A stretch of DNA of 63,629 bases, the filler included. It is 12 parts of 12 records of this genome, joined end to end, with 100 filler letters (N's around TTAATTAATTAA, not from the genome) between each part and the next. Parts side by side here need not be neighbours in the genome. Positions count along the whole stretch, not along the records: positions 34,785 to 39,592 come from SRR15195285_1485; positions 39,693 to 44,281 come from SRR15195285_1487; positions 44,382 to 50,528 come from SRR15195285_1493; 9 more parts are not named here. One strand, 5' to 3'. Shown here in pieces: positions 37,139 through 47,343 of this stretch; position 1 is the stretch's first letter; each line of letters opens with the position of its first letter. The notes beneath the pieces are model-generated. The model saw nothing but the letters and a program-made list of their open reading frames with translations. It was not told the DNA's origin and did no database searches. The position numbers were made by a program, and so were the translations under genes.

Positions 37139-38614
37139 ATGGGAAACCTTTGCTCCTCCGATCCTGGCACGGCCTCCGCAGCGGCGGCAGCGCCAGCATC
37201 ATCTGCTCGGCCAAACGAAGGCGAGCCGCCATCAACAGAACGCAAGGGACAGGCACCACCGGACTCAGATCGAGAGCAGATATTGGTGCCGATGGAAGAC
37301 GGCGTGCGCATGATCTCGATGCAGGAGCTTTCGCGGCATACAGTTCGCGGCGATCTGTGGATGGCAGTCTATGGCGATGTTTATGACGTATCTGACTATG
37401 CGCCGACTCATCCTGGAGGAGACTTCTTCCTGTTGCAATATGGTGGCAAGGTGGCGGACGAGGCTTACGACAGTATATCTGGACATACACCTGAAGCACT
37501 ATTGGATGGGTTCCCACCGCCAAAAAAGCTTGGTAGGCTTGAGGGCTCGAAGCCAACCGTGCAGCCACAGACGCAGCACACTCCGACTCCACCCATGACA
37601 CAGGATCATCGCGCTGTGAAAAGCAGCGTAGTTCGACCACGACCACGCACCCCATCGCCTTCCGCACCGAGAAGCCGCCGCACGCCATCATCTGCCATGC
37701 CACAAAGTCTCGCAGTGGAAGCTGATGATGCAACCCCTGCACACTATTTGACCGGCGCCAAAGGCGAAATGCAGCAAGCGGTGCTAGTGTCCCGGACCCA
37801 GATCTCGGAGCATACTGTTCGGTGCAGATTCGAATTGCCGGATCCTACAGCCATTCTTGGTCTGCCTCATGGACAGCATATGCTCATTGCGGCCCCAAAT
37901 GCACGGGGAGTCAATGCTGGAGATTGGAACGGCGCGCCTGATAAAGAGTATGCGAAGGGGCTTCATGCCGATGTGTTTCGGAAGATGGCACCAGCGACCT
38001 TTCGCGTTGATAGCGAGGAGCAGCGTGACGACGATGAGCTCTCAGCACCAGTTGGATATTTCGAGCTGTCCGTGAGACTTTTCGATCGTACACAGGGGCA
38101 CTGTGATGGCGGAAAGTTATCACAATACCTATGCGAGGGGCTCCCACTTGGTGCTATGTTGAGCTTCAAGGGGCCACGCGGGCCACACGAGTACATCGGC
38201 ATGGGCAGCATCTCTACCACCGCCGCAGAGCAACCTCTAGTTGCCACGTCGATGGGAATTATTGCTGGTTCCACCGGGATGCCGCCGCTGTTGAACATTG
38301 TGGTTGCGGCTCTACACGACAGCACAGATAAGACGCGCTTTGCGCTGGTATGTGCAGCTGAAACTGACGAAGAAATTCTTTACAAAGATACACTAACTTC
38401 CCTCGCCCGGCGTTTTCCAGACCAGATCGCTGTTGCGTTCATGATCGGAGACCCCGCGACTGTAGTGACTGGTGACGAGTTGCGGAAGCACCTGCCTCCA
38501 CCTGATGAGGATCCACTGTTGCTTTTGTGTGGCCCGGGACCGAAGCTTGCAGAAGCTTGGCGACGACAGCTTGCTGAGCTAGCATACGCGTCTTCCAGAC
38601 AGCTGCTGTTTTGA
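37139..38614 (+). CDS. Cytochrome b5 + NADH-cytochrome b5 reductase-like (FNR family) fusion
   Basis: Start MGNLCSS; b5 motifs W...GDVYDV, HPGG and GHTPEA; reductase motifs LGLPHGQH, GGKLSQYL, KGPRG, IAGSTG and LCGP. Confidence 0.85.
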   Translation: MGNLCSSDPGTASAAAAAPASSARPNEGEPPSTERKGQAPPDSDREQILVPMEDGVRMISMQELSRHTVRGDLWMAVYGDVYDVSDYAPTHPGGDFFLLQYGGKVADEAYDSISGHTPEALLDGFPPPKKLGRLEGSKPTVQPQTQHTPTPPMTQDHRAVKSSVVRPRPRTPSPSAPRSRRTPSSAMPQSLAVEADDATPAHYLTGAKGEMQQAVLVSRTQISEHTVRCRFELPDPTAILGLPHGQHMLIAAPNARGVNAGDWNGAPDKEYAKGLHADVFRKMAPATFRVDSEEQRDDDELSAPVGYFELSVRLFDRTQGHCDGGKLSQYLCEGLPLGAMLSFKGPRGPHEYIGMGSISTTAAEQPLVATSMGIIAGSTGMPPLLNIVVAALHDSTDKTRFALVCAAETDEEILYKDTLTSLARRFPDQIAVAFMIGDPATVVTGDELRKHLPPPDEDPLLLLCGPGPKLAEAWRRQLAELAYASSRQLLF

Positions 38615-38806
38615 GAATCTTCGTCTTCCTCAGAATCGCCTACTGCCGCTGCAGTTCCCGCGCAAAGTGTGCAAGGATGGCGTTCTCAAGAAAATGGAGA
38701 TTTGTACGGTAGGCATCATAATTCAGGACACAGAACGGTTCATCTTGTTTTATTACTTACGACTCTCAATTTTAGCAGTGTCCAACGCACTTCTGATCCA
38801 AAGTGC

Positions 38807-39535
38807 TTAAAAAGTGTCGACCACCAGCCCCTTTCCAAACGAGCTCAGATCGATCAAATTGCGCTTGCGGCCGTGACCCAGTGCCTCTGGACCTGCTTGC
38901 ACAGACTTACGGCGCGCTCGCATCCTCTCCTGCACAGCCGGCGTCAACAAGGAGCTAGCTGCTCCGGTTGCCGAGACGTCAAGCGGGGTCCCTACCAGCA
39001 CCAACACCACGGTTGGACACTCGCACGGCTCGAAAGTCTGCTGTATCAGCCAGGGTAACAACTGAAGCAAGTATTTTGAGCACGCACCATCATCTGCAAC
39101 CATCGTGGCAAAGCGCGCCACAAAGCTTTGTCCTCCATCGCCTTCTTCGACATCGCCAGGCGGCGCTCGGCGGAGAAGATTGGCCATCGATTTTCGAGAG
39201 GCATGCCGCGAAGAGATGACCGGCTGGGTCATCAGCCGCAACTCTGCGTTCGATATAGCCGATTCAGTGTCCAATTTTGCCACAGACTTTCCCCGAGCTT
39301 CCATGCGCTTGTGCTCCTTCAGAATTTCTTCCTGTTGCGTGGACAGTGTCTGACCTTCATCTTGAGCAAGCCGCAGTTGATCAAGTTTGGTGGTTGAGAT
39401 GCTGTTGTAGTCGGGGTAGCGGTCACTGAGTCTCCACCAAGAAGGAGTGCGAAGCCTGTGTTGTCGGCACAAAAGTCTTCGATGGGCATCTCCGAGTGTC
39501 GAAACGAGCTCGCACCTCCATAGAGTGCCCAACAC
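38807..39535 (-). CDS. Hypothetical protein, probably 5' partial
   Basis: 242-aa ORF converging on the b5 reductase gene. No recognisable domain. Confidence 0.4.
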   Translation of the reverse strand: MLGTLWRCELVSTLGDAHRRLLCRQHRLRTPSWWRLSDRYPDYNSISTTKLDQLRLAQDEGQTLSTQQEEILKEHKRMEARGKSVAKLDTESAISNAELRLMTQPVISSRHASRKSMANLLRRAPPGDVEEGDGGQSFVARFATMVADDGACSKYLLQLLPWLIQQTFEPCECPTVVLVLVGTPLDVSATGAASSLLTPAVQERMRARRKSVQAGPEALGHGRKRNLIDLSSFGKGLVVDTF

Positions 39536-40080
39536 ACGAGGTCAAACTACGGCCCCACCATCTGTTTGGCGTTTTCGGCCCGGGGGGTGGCGNNNNNNNN
39601 NNNNNNNNNNNNNNNNNNNNNNNNNNNNNNNNNNNNTTAATTAATTAANNNNNNNNNNNNNNNNNNNNNNNNNNNNNNNNNNNNNNNNNNNNTTTCATGG
39701 ACCCGCCACCGGCCAAAAGGCTGTGAATTCGCAGATCGCACTGGGCGATGTTCATCGTCGATGTTCGTTCGATTCGTGACAATTTCGGAGCAGGGGGTTT
39801 CGCATCACAACACTCCTTAGGTGCCTCCGATCAATTCATTCTCAGCGCCGTCAGAACACCCCTAATTTCAGTATCAACACGCAGCGACCGAGGCGGTCAT
39901 CACACACACTGCCGGCGCCACTGTATTTCTCAGTGATTTATCCGTACCAACCGCAAACGAACCCATACACCATTCAGGTCCTGAAATTGCCCCTGGGTGG
40001 TCGCCCTCTTTATCAGCACAGCCGTTACTTCGTGGACCGTTACGTGGTGGAGCGTGTGAACCGTTACAAGTGGCGTGGAG

Positions 40081-42658
40081 ATGTCGGACCGTCCAATGCC
40101 GCGGCCGCCGGGGAGTGGCAATCAAGAGAGGCCGTCCTCCTCGGGGGGGCAGCGTCCGGCCCGCCCACGCTCGGCCATCCGCATGCTGCCCAACCAGCAG
40201 GGTACCGGAGGAGGAGGTGAGCGCAGAGCAGAGCAGAGACACACGCACGCACGCACGCACGCACTCGCATAGCCAGGCAGGCGTAGGCGTGCCTCTGTCG
40301 TTTTGTGCTGTCTAGTCGGGCGGCTGATCTGATCGCTGTCGGGTTGGGGCAGCGCGGACGGGAGGGTCGAGCGATCTCGAAAGCACGCTGGGCTTGAACG
40401 CGGGGTCGCGGACGACGATTGGAGGGACGGCGGCGAAGATGGACCGGGTGAGGGATCGGATGGTGGTTGCGCCGGGGAGTGCGATCTCCGATAGTGACTC
40501 CGACTCGGACTCCAGCTCGGACGGCGGCGCGGCGCCGGTGCCGCAACGCGCGGCGGCGACGTACCTACTCCACCCAATCGCTCTCGTCTTGCCGCTTGCC
40601 TTGTCACTCGTCTTCCCGGCTATGTTGACCGTCGAAGCTGCTTGGTCGGAACAGGAGGCCGGCGCGGCGACGGGTCTTGCCGCAGAGCCCCGGGGACGGC
40701 CTGACGGGCGGCTCGCAGTTCAGGATGATGAAGGTGCAGACCAGGGTCAAGCCCCGAGAGGAGCCGGCCCCGCCTCGCACGCCGGCGGGACGCGCGGGCG
40801 CGGCAGCGGCGCAGCGGGGGGCGACCCCGGACGGCTCGCGCCGCGGCTCCGACGCGTCCTCCGTCGCGATGCGCGGCGCGGAGACGACGCGCCAGATCTC
40901 GGCCAAGCCGACCGAGCACGTGGACTTCTCGGCGACGCCGATCGCTCCGGCGTCGAAAGGGCAGCTCAAAGGCAGCAAGGGGCTCGCCTCGCCGCACGAG
41001 TTGGCCGATTACACCAAGCGCAAGGTGGCCGAGATCATGCAGCGCGAACGCCAGACCCTCACGCGCGACGCGGGTGGCCGCACCTCGCGCATGTCGGACG
41101 CCTCTTCAGTAGGCAGTCTCGACATGGATAAGATCCGTGCGGTACGCGGCACGAAGGACACTCACGAAGAGTCCGAGTCCTCCGAGGAGGAGGACGAGGA
41201 GGACGATGCCGACCAGCTCTTCATGATGGAGCTCAAGAAGGAGGACCTCTCGCGCAACACCAAGTTCGTTTTGTGCCTCGGCTTCACAGGCCTTATCCTC
41301 GGTTTCCTCGCTATCTTCCTGCTGCTGATCCAGGCCTCGATCACGCGCGAGTGCGACGCGCCGTGGTTCCGCGACACCCAGCACTTCTCCTACTCGGCGG
41401 CCCCGCGGTGTGGCTGGATGAAGCGTTGCGGCAATATCGGAGGCGTGACGTGCAGCTCGGAGCCGATCGAGTGCTGGCTCGAGGAAATAACTGTCACTCA
41501 CTTCCGCGGTGCCGTTACGCTGCAGCTGCTGCCACCTCCTGTGGAGGGCGAATCACAGGACAACCTGACCACCACGATCACGCACTTTGGCGCTACGCGC
41601 AAGGGAATCAACGGCATCCAATCCTTCGTCGAGTCGGAGGACAAGAGTCTCGACATCTTCTCCGCAGACACCAACGTCATGACGCAGGACACCACCATCG
41701 ACAAGATGATCAACTGCCGCAAATCTGACATTACCGTCAACCTTCCTGGTGACCTTGGGACCAACCAGTGCGGTGCTGATGACCCTGACTGTGGAAGAAG
41801 GGTTGCGCGTACCCTCGATGAGTTCCCATCTGTAAAGGTAACGACGAAGTATGGCTCAATTGTTCTGCCCAAATCAGACGATTTCTACTTTAAGGGGATC
41901 GATCTCACAACGGAAGAGTCTGACCTGGAGTATGATGCAATTTCCTCGAGCAATCTGGCGTTTGCATCGACAAACGGTGCTATTCAGCTCACCGGGCCGT
42001 CGGCTCACCACATAAAAGTCGATACTGTCGCTGGACCAGTGTATGCCTCGGCGTACGTCCCGCGGCCTCCTACTCGACTATTCCGGATGCGTCGTACCTG
42101 ATCAAATTGCGCCGAAATGTACTGCGCAGGGTGAATTTGATGAACGTGACCGAGCAGGACCCGCTGACGGGCGTTAACGTGGTCCTTGGATTTGGTGTCC
42201 TGAACGCATCGACCACCTCGGGTTCGATGGAGTTTGGAGTCATATCGCGCGGGTTGATCGAGATAACAACAGACACAGGGGACGTGCAGCTAACCGTCTC
42301 GAACTCCTTTGCGGTAAGCACACACGAGGCTCCACCAAGACTCCACTAGGCGCGTCAGCTGCTTGGCCGCCTAATTCCACGTGATGCCGCGTCGGTGGCT
42401 TCCTCGCGCGCGCTCGTGTTGGTTCTGGCCTGTTGCCTACTAACGTCTCGCGTGTTCATTTGTGCCCACTGACAGGGTACGTACGAGATGGTATGCCCAG
42501 GCTGCGGGCTGTCCATCTCCGGTGCAGAAGGCACAATCATCAACGAAGCGCTCAGAGAAAAGGGCCGCCTCACAGGCTCGATCGGCGGCTACCAAGGTGG
42601 GGCGAGGATTTACATCAAGTCAAACACAGGGGATGTGACGGTTAAAGTCATACAGTAG
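40081..42658 (+). CDS. Single-pass membrane protein with a C-terminal DUF4097/adhesin-like beta-repeat region, multi-exon
   Basis: Disordered N-terminus, TM helix FVLCLGFTGLILGFLAIFLLLI, then repeats VTTKYGSIVL, ASTNGAIQL, VDTVAGPV, ASTTSGSM, ITTDTGDVQL and IKSNTGDVTV. Confidence 0.65.
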
Positions 42659-42784
42659 TGCTACGTGGCGGCTCATCTGGAGACGTGTGGAGTGGTACAA
42701 AAAGTCTCACTTGTTAATCACTCCGTGCACGCATGCCGACTAGCTGGCTCAGCGTGCACAGTGCGCGACAGGCAGTAAGTAAGA

Positions 42785-43809
42785 CTATCTGGCATACTTG
42801 GCCCTCATGTCCGCAGCCGTGGTGTTCGCCTTATCTCGCTTCATCTGTTTTGTGCGCATGTTGGACGCAAACCGGTCGGCCTGCTCCGCCTCAGCGCGTG
42901 CGTCGTCGCGCTGTGCAGTCTTCATCCTCTCCGCCGCCTGGGTAAATCGTTGCCCCTGGGTGTGCCTCTGCCATGGCACTACCGAAGCATCTGCAGCCTT
43001 CTTCCATGTTTCGTAATCTGCCTGCGACGTGGCGCAGAGCATGTAATGGCGTCCTGGACCCCCACCGTCTGCGTCTGGCTCGTGGACAGCGAAGACATAG
43101 CGCCGTGACTCATTCGCCGGGGGCAGCTGCACCACCCGCCCGCCCTGCAGGTGGAGGACTCCCTTTGGCATCGGCAAGGTCTTGCTATCCGCCTCCGTCT
43201 CCCAGTAGAACAGCTTACCGAACTCAAGCCTGACGTATCGCGGTCGCCACTGCCCAAGGTGATCGCTGCACTTGAACACCATCCCAGACTTGTGAGGCAA
43301 GCTCGCGAGGTAGACCTGCCCCATCCACTCCTTGCACTCCCGATCGGACCCAGCATTGAGCGTAAACGATTCGTCTTCGCTGGTGCCACGCACGCGGAAC
43401 TGGTGTGGGTAGTCCAGCGAGCTGCGTGAGCCCGCGGCGTCGCTCACCTCCTCCACAAACCCGCCAATTAGCGGTACGGACGACTTCGGTGGTACATTTC
43501 CCGCCTCCGACTCGAAGTCCCAGTAGTCGAGCTTGTGCCCTGCGGCGTCGAGCCGGAAGTAGCGCTGTGCGGGTGCGGGTGTCAGTGGGCGGCACGACGA
43601 CGGCGACGAGGCACGAAGGGGCTTAGGCGGGCATCGCCTACCTGACGCCAGGCCTTTACATGGTCACTTTGCTTATCCAGAACGCCGTCCACCTACACGC
43701 GCGGCGGATGAGTGTGGGTCGGAGCAGCCCAGCTGCAATGCACTCAGTGTGGCGCGCTCACATGCGGCGGAGCCACGTCTCTGTCGGTCACTGACTGTGA
43801 GCCACCCAT
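42785..43809 (-). CDS. Tandem PH-domain protein with a putative N-myristoylation start (MGGSQS)
   Basis: Spliced translation VDGVLDKQSDHVKAWRQ|RYFRL...ECKEWMG, then KSGMVFKCSDHLGQWRPRYVRL...YETWKK; two short 5' introns. Confidence 0.8.
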
Positions 43810-44186
43810 AGCGTTCCTCGTGTGCACCGACACGCCGTCCACCCTCGTCCTTCCCGCTCCCTCCTCCCTTCCCAAGCCAGCAGCCACTCCCTGCAGGGGG
43901 CGCTCCGCCCCTCAGCACGCACGCACGTCAGCTGCACTACTGCTGGCCGAGAGGTGGATGGACGGTAGGCGCCGGTCCGAATCGAATTCGATTGGGAATT
44001 CCGGAATTGGTCAATAAACCAACTTTAGTAGTGGTGCCAGAGCTTGCTCAGCAAGCAGAGGGCGAAGGTGTGGAGCGGGGCGACTGAGCTGGTGGTGTGG
44101 CAGCCGGGGGTGGCGCCCGACGAGGCTGCCACGTGGCACACCCTCGCCACCGTGTACGGTGGCGAGGTGCTGATGATCCCGCTCCA

Positions 44187-44270
44187 CAGCGTGAGACTCT
44201 TTTTAAAAAAAAGAGTCTCACAAAAAGAGACTCTTTTTAAAAAAGAGTCTCACAAAAGAGTCTCACGCTG
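44187..44270. repeat. 84-bp nested palindromic element with 17-bp perfect terminal inverted repeats
   Basis: CAGCGTGAGACTCTTTT ... AAAAGAGTCTCACGCTG, with internal GAGACTCTTTTT/AAAAAGAGTCTC hairpins. Confidence 0.85.
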
Positions 44271-45025
44271 CGTACTCTTGANNNNNNNNNNNNNNNNNNN
44301 NNNNNNNNNNNNNNNNNNNNNNNNNTTAATTAATTAANNNNNNNNNNNNNNNNNNNNNNNNNNNNNNNNNNNNNNNNNNNNGTACCTAGAACGTCTCTTA
44401 ACCTAGAGCGCTTACACCTTACAGTACATTGTCTCATTGACGGTGCCCAATTTCAAAACTGTCCATCAATGATATCCGGAGCAGGTGTATCAATAGCTGC
44501 ATCTTCCTAAGCTCCTTCGCGCTCCGTTCCCGGTACTAGTACGCCTACTAGTACCTGGCGTGATTGCAACCCGCTCCGTATACCGCGGGCACATGTATTC
44601 GAATACAGGCCGTGATTCAGATTGCATAATAATGCATTATATATATAATACAAGCAGTCATGAATGGGAATGCAAGCGGGCGGGGCGTGGCGCTACGTCA
44701 CCGCAGCGGGGCCTAGGGGAACCTTCGGAGGGGAGTCGCTTGCAGCTTGGGCTGGGCGGTCGGAGGCGCTGCTCCTTCTGCGGCTAAGGAGAGGTGGTGC
44801 GAGCGCGCGCTGGATGAGAGGGAGGGTGCTTGGCTGATTTCCGGCGGCGGTGCGGGGCATTTGAGCGTGAGCGAGGCCGCGCACGAGGCACCTGGAGCCA
44901 CCTGGTGCCACGTCAGAAGAGACGCCAAGTCGTGGCTCAGCATGGGCGTGCAGCCGTGAGGGTCTGATTACAGCATACGCACGCAGTACTGGGGGTAGCA
45001 CGCACGCAAACGGGAGGGGGCAGCA

Positions 45026-47186
45026 ATGAGTGATGAGCTCTCCTTCACGAATCCGATGGAGGCGAGTGCCGCCGCCAGCGAGCCGAGCGTAGACTCCGAC
45101 GACAGGGAGAACGTGGCGGCACGCGTGCACGAGTACGAATCCAAGGGGATTATCGAACCAGTGTTCGTCAGTGTCAGTAGTGAGCCGCAGGGCACGGACG
45201 CCCAGGAAGATGGCCAGGGGGAATATGTGGAAACCCACAGTATCCCCGCGGCGTTCGCGCACAACTTCCTTGGGCACAGTCCGGGCTGGTACAAGGTGTG
45301 CATCGTCACGTTCCTGGTGGCGAATGTTGCCATTCGACTCGCGCTCCCGGCTGTTTTGGGACTGGACAAGGCCAAAATGGTTTGCGCTTGGGCGGTGCTC
45401 CTGGAATTCATCTTCACGCTGGCCTGCGCTCTGCACTGCTACCCGCTGCAGCCGGGCGGGCTGATCGTCATACAGGCCTTTGCTCTGGGGCTGGCTAAGC
45501 CCTACACGATGAAGCACGAGGTAGAAGCGAACCTCAACGTGCTGCTGCTCGTTGCATTCATGGTGGCCTGCATCCACTTCCTCAAGAACCTGCTTCTTTG
45601 GGTCTTTACACAGCTGCTCATCAAAATCGAGTCCAAGACCACCTTGTCTATGCTCATTATGCTCGTGACTGCAGTCCTGTCGGCGTTTCTGGACGCGCTC
45701 TCAGTGGCCGCTGTGCTCGTCTCCGTTTGCACCGGCGCTCTCGGCGTGTACTTCCATGTCGTCGCTGATGCCGACCTACCGATGCTGGATTACATGCACC
45801 ACGAAACGATGTCATTCGAGCTCGTGCCTCATGCCGACGCGTCAGCAAGACGCACCGTGCCAACGAACGACCAGGAAGTGGGCGATATCCTGTCCGGAAT
45901 TGTAGAGCAGACCCGGCAGTCTAAAGAGGCCCAGTCGGCTGCACGGCCGGAAAAGACACTGGCCAGCGCTGACTCACCCAAGATGACGGCCAGCACGGAC
46001 GAGGCAGTGCTCAAGCAGTCGCCCAAGCTGGATACGGTGCTGAGTAGCAACATCGCAGAGCCAGTGGATGCAGATGCATACGAGCTGCACAAGCAGGACA
46101 TCCACGACTTCCGCTCGTTCTTGCGCTCACTATTGATGCATGGTGCCATAGGCACCACGCTCGGTGGCTGTTCCTCGGGCGTTGGCCAGCCGCAAAACCT
46201 CGTGATTGCGCGATATCTGGGTTGGGACTTCCTCCAGTTTTTTGCAAAGATGCTGCCCGTGTCTGGTCTTGTGCTACCGCTGGGCCTTATCACGTGTGCG
46301 ATCGTGGAATCCTCCAAGAAGTTTGGGTACGGCCAGGAGATGCCGCCTCACGTGCGGAAGGTGCTGTCAGCGTTTGCGGATGACGAGTACGGCAAAATTC
46401 ACAACCTCGAGAAGGCCGAGCTGTCCATCCAAGCGCTGGGTGCGCTGATTCTGATCATTGGTCTGGCGCTGCACGTCACTGAGGTAGGGTTTATCGGCCT
46501 GGGCATCATGGTGTTCCTGACCTCCTGCAATGGGATCACGGAGGAACACGAAGTCGCGCATGCCTTTCTTGAGGCCATGCCCTTCGTATCGTTGCTCGTG
46601 GTCTTCTTTGGTATTGTTTCCGTCATTCAGGACCAGCAGATCTTCACCCCCATCATCAATGGCGTGCTTAGTCTCGACGAAGGCAGTCAACCAGGCGTAC
46701 TCTTCTTCACAAATGGTTTGCTTTCCATGGTGTCAGACAATGTCTTTGTCGCGACGGTCTTCATCAAGGGCGTAGGCGAGTGAGTCTCATCTTTCCAAGA
46801 GGCCAGCGTGCACTGCAGTGCCCACCAGAAACACTTTAACTCAGAACAAGAGCACTGCCTACGCGCCGTGCCGAAACAAATCCCTCCTTTTCCCGGCTTT
46901 TGACCCCGCACAAACTTTGTTGGTCTGCAGGGCGTACGAAGAAATGCGCCTCACAAACGAGACAATGTCGCGTGAACACTACGAACACCTCGCAGTTTCA
47001 ATCAACATGGGCACAAACCTTCCCTCTTGCGCGACACCAAATGGACAAGCCGCGTTTCTGTTCATTCTGACGTCAGCGATCGCGCCACTGGTGCAGCTCT
47101 CGTACGGTCAAATGGTCTTGATGGCTTTTCCGTACACATGTGTGCTTGCAATCGCTGGCGCGATAGGCGTCGTGTACTTGGTCTGA
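45026..47186 (+). CDS. nhaB: Na+/H+ antiporter NhaB (bacterial type) with one spliceosomal intron
   Basis: [60 protein letters not shown] and [21 protein letters not shown]; intron 46780-46930 (GTGAGT...CTGCAG). Confidence 0.92.
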
Positions 47187-47343
47187 TTAGAGCAATGTCG
47201 AAAACGTAAGGACACAAGGGCGAAAACGCACGGGCTCTCTACAACCTGCGTGGATTGACACATTTCAATACATTGTTTTTCGTCGAGCGTTTAGATCAGT
47301 ACCGCACTGCACTGCCGTGCTGCCGCCATCAACTAGCCTCTGC

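Noticed and set aside
45026-47186. nhaB as bacterial contamination
   Set aside because: It contains a spliceosomal intron and shares its contig with a multi-intron gene.
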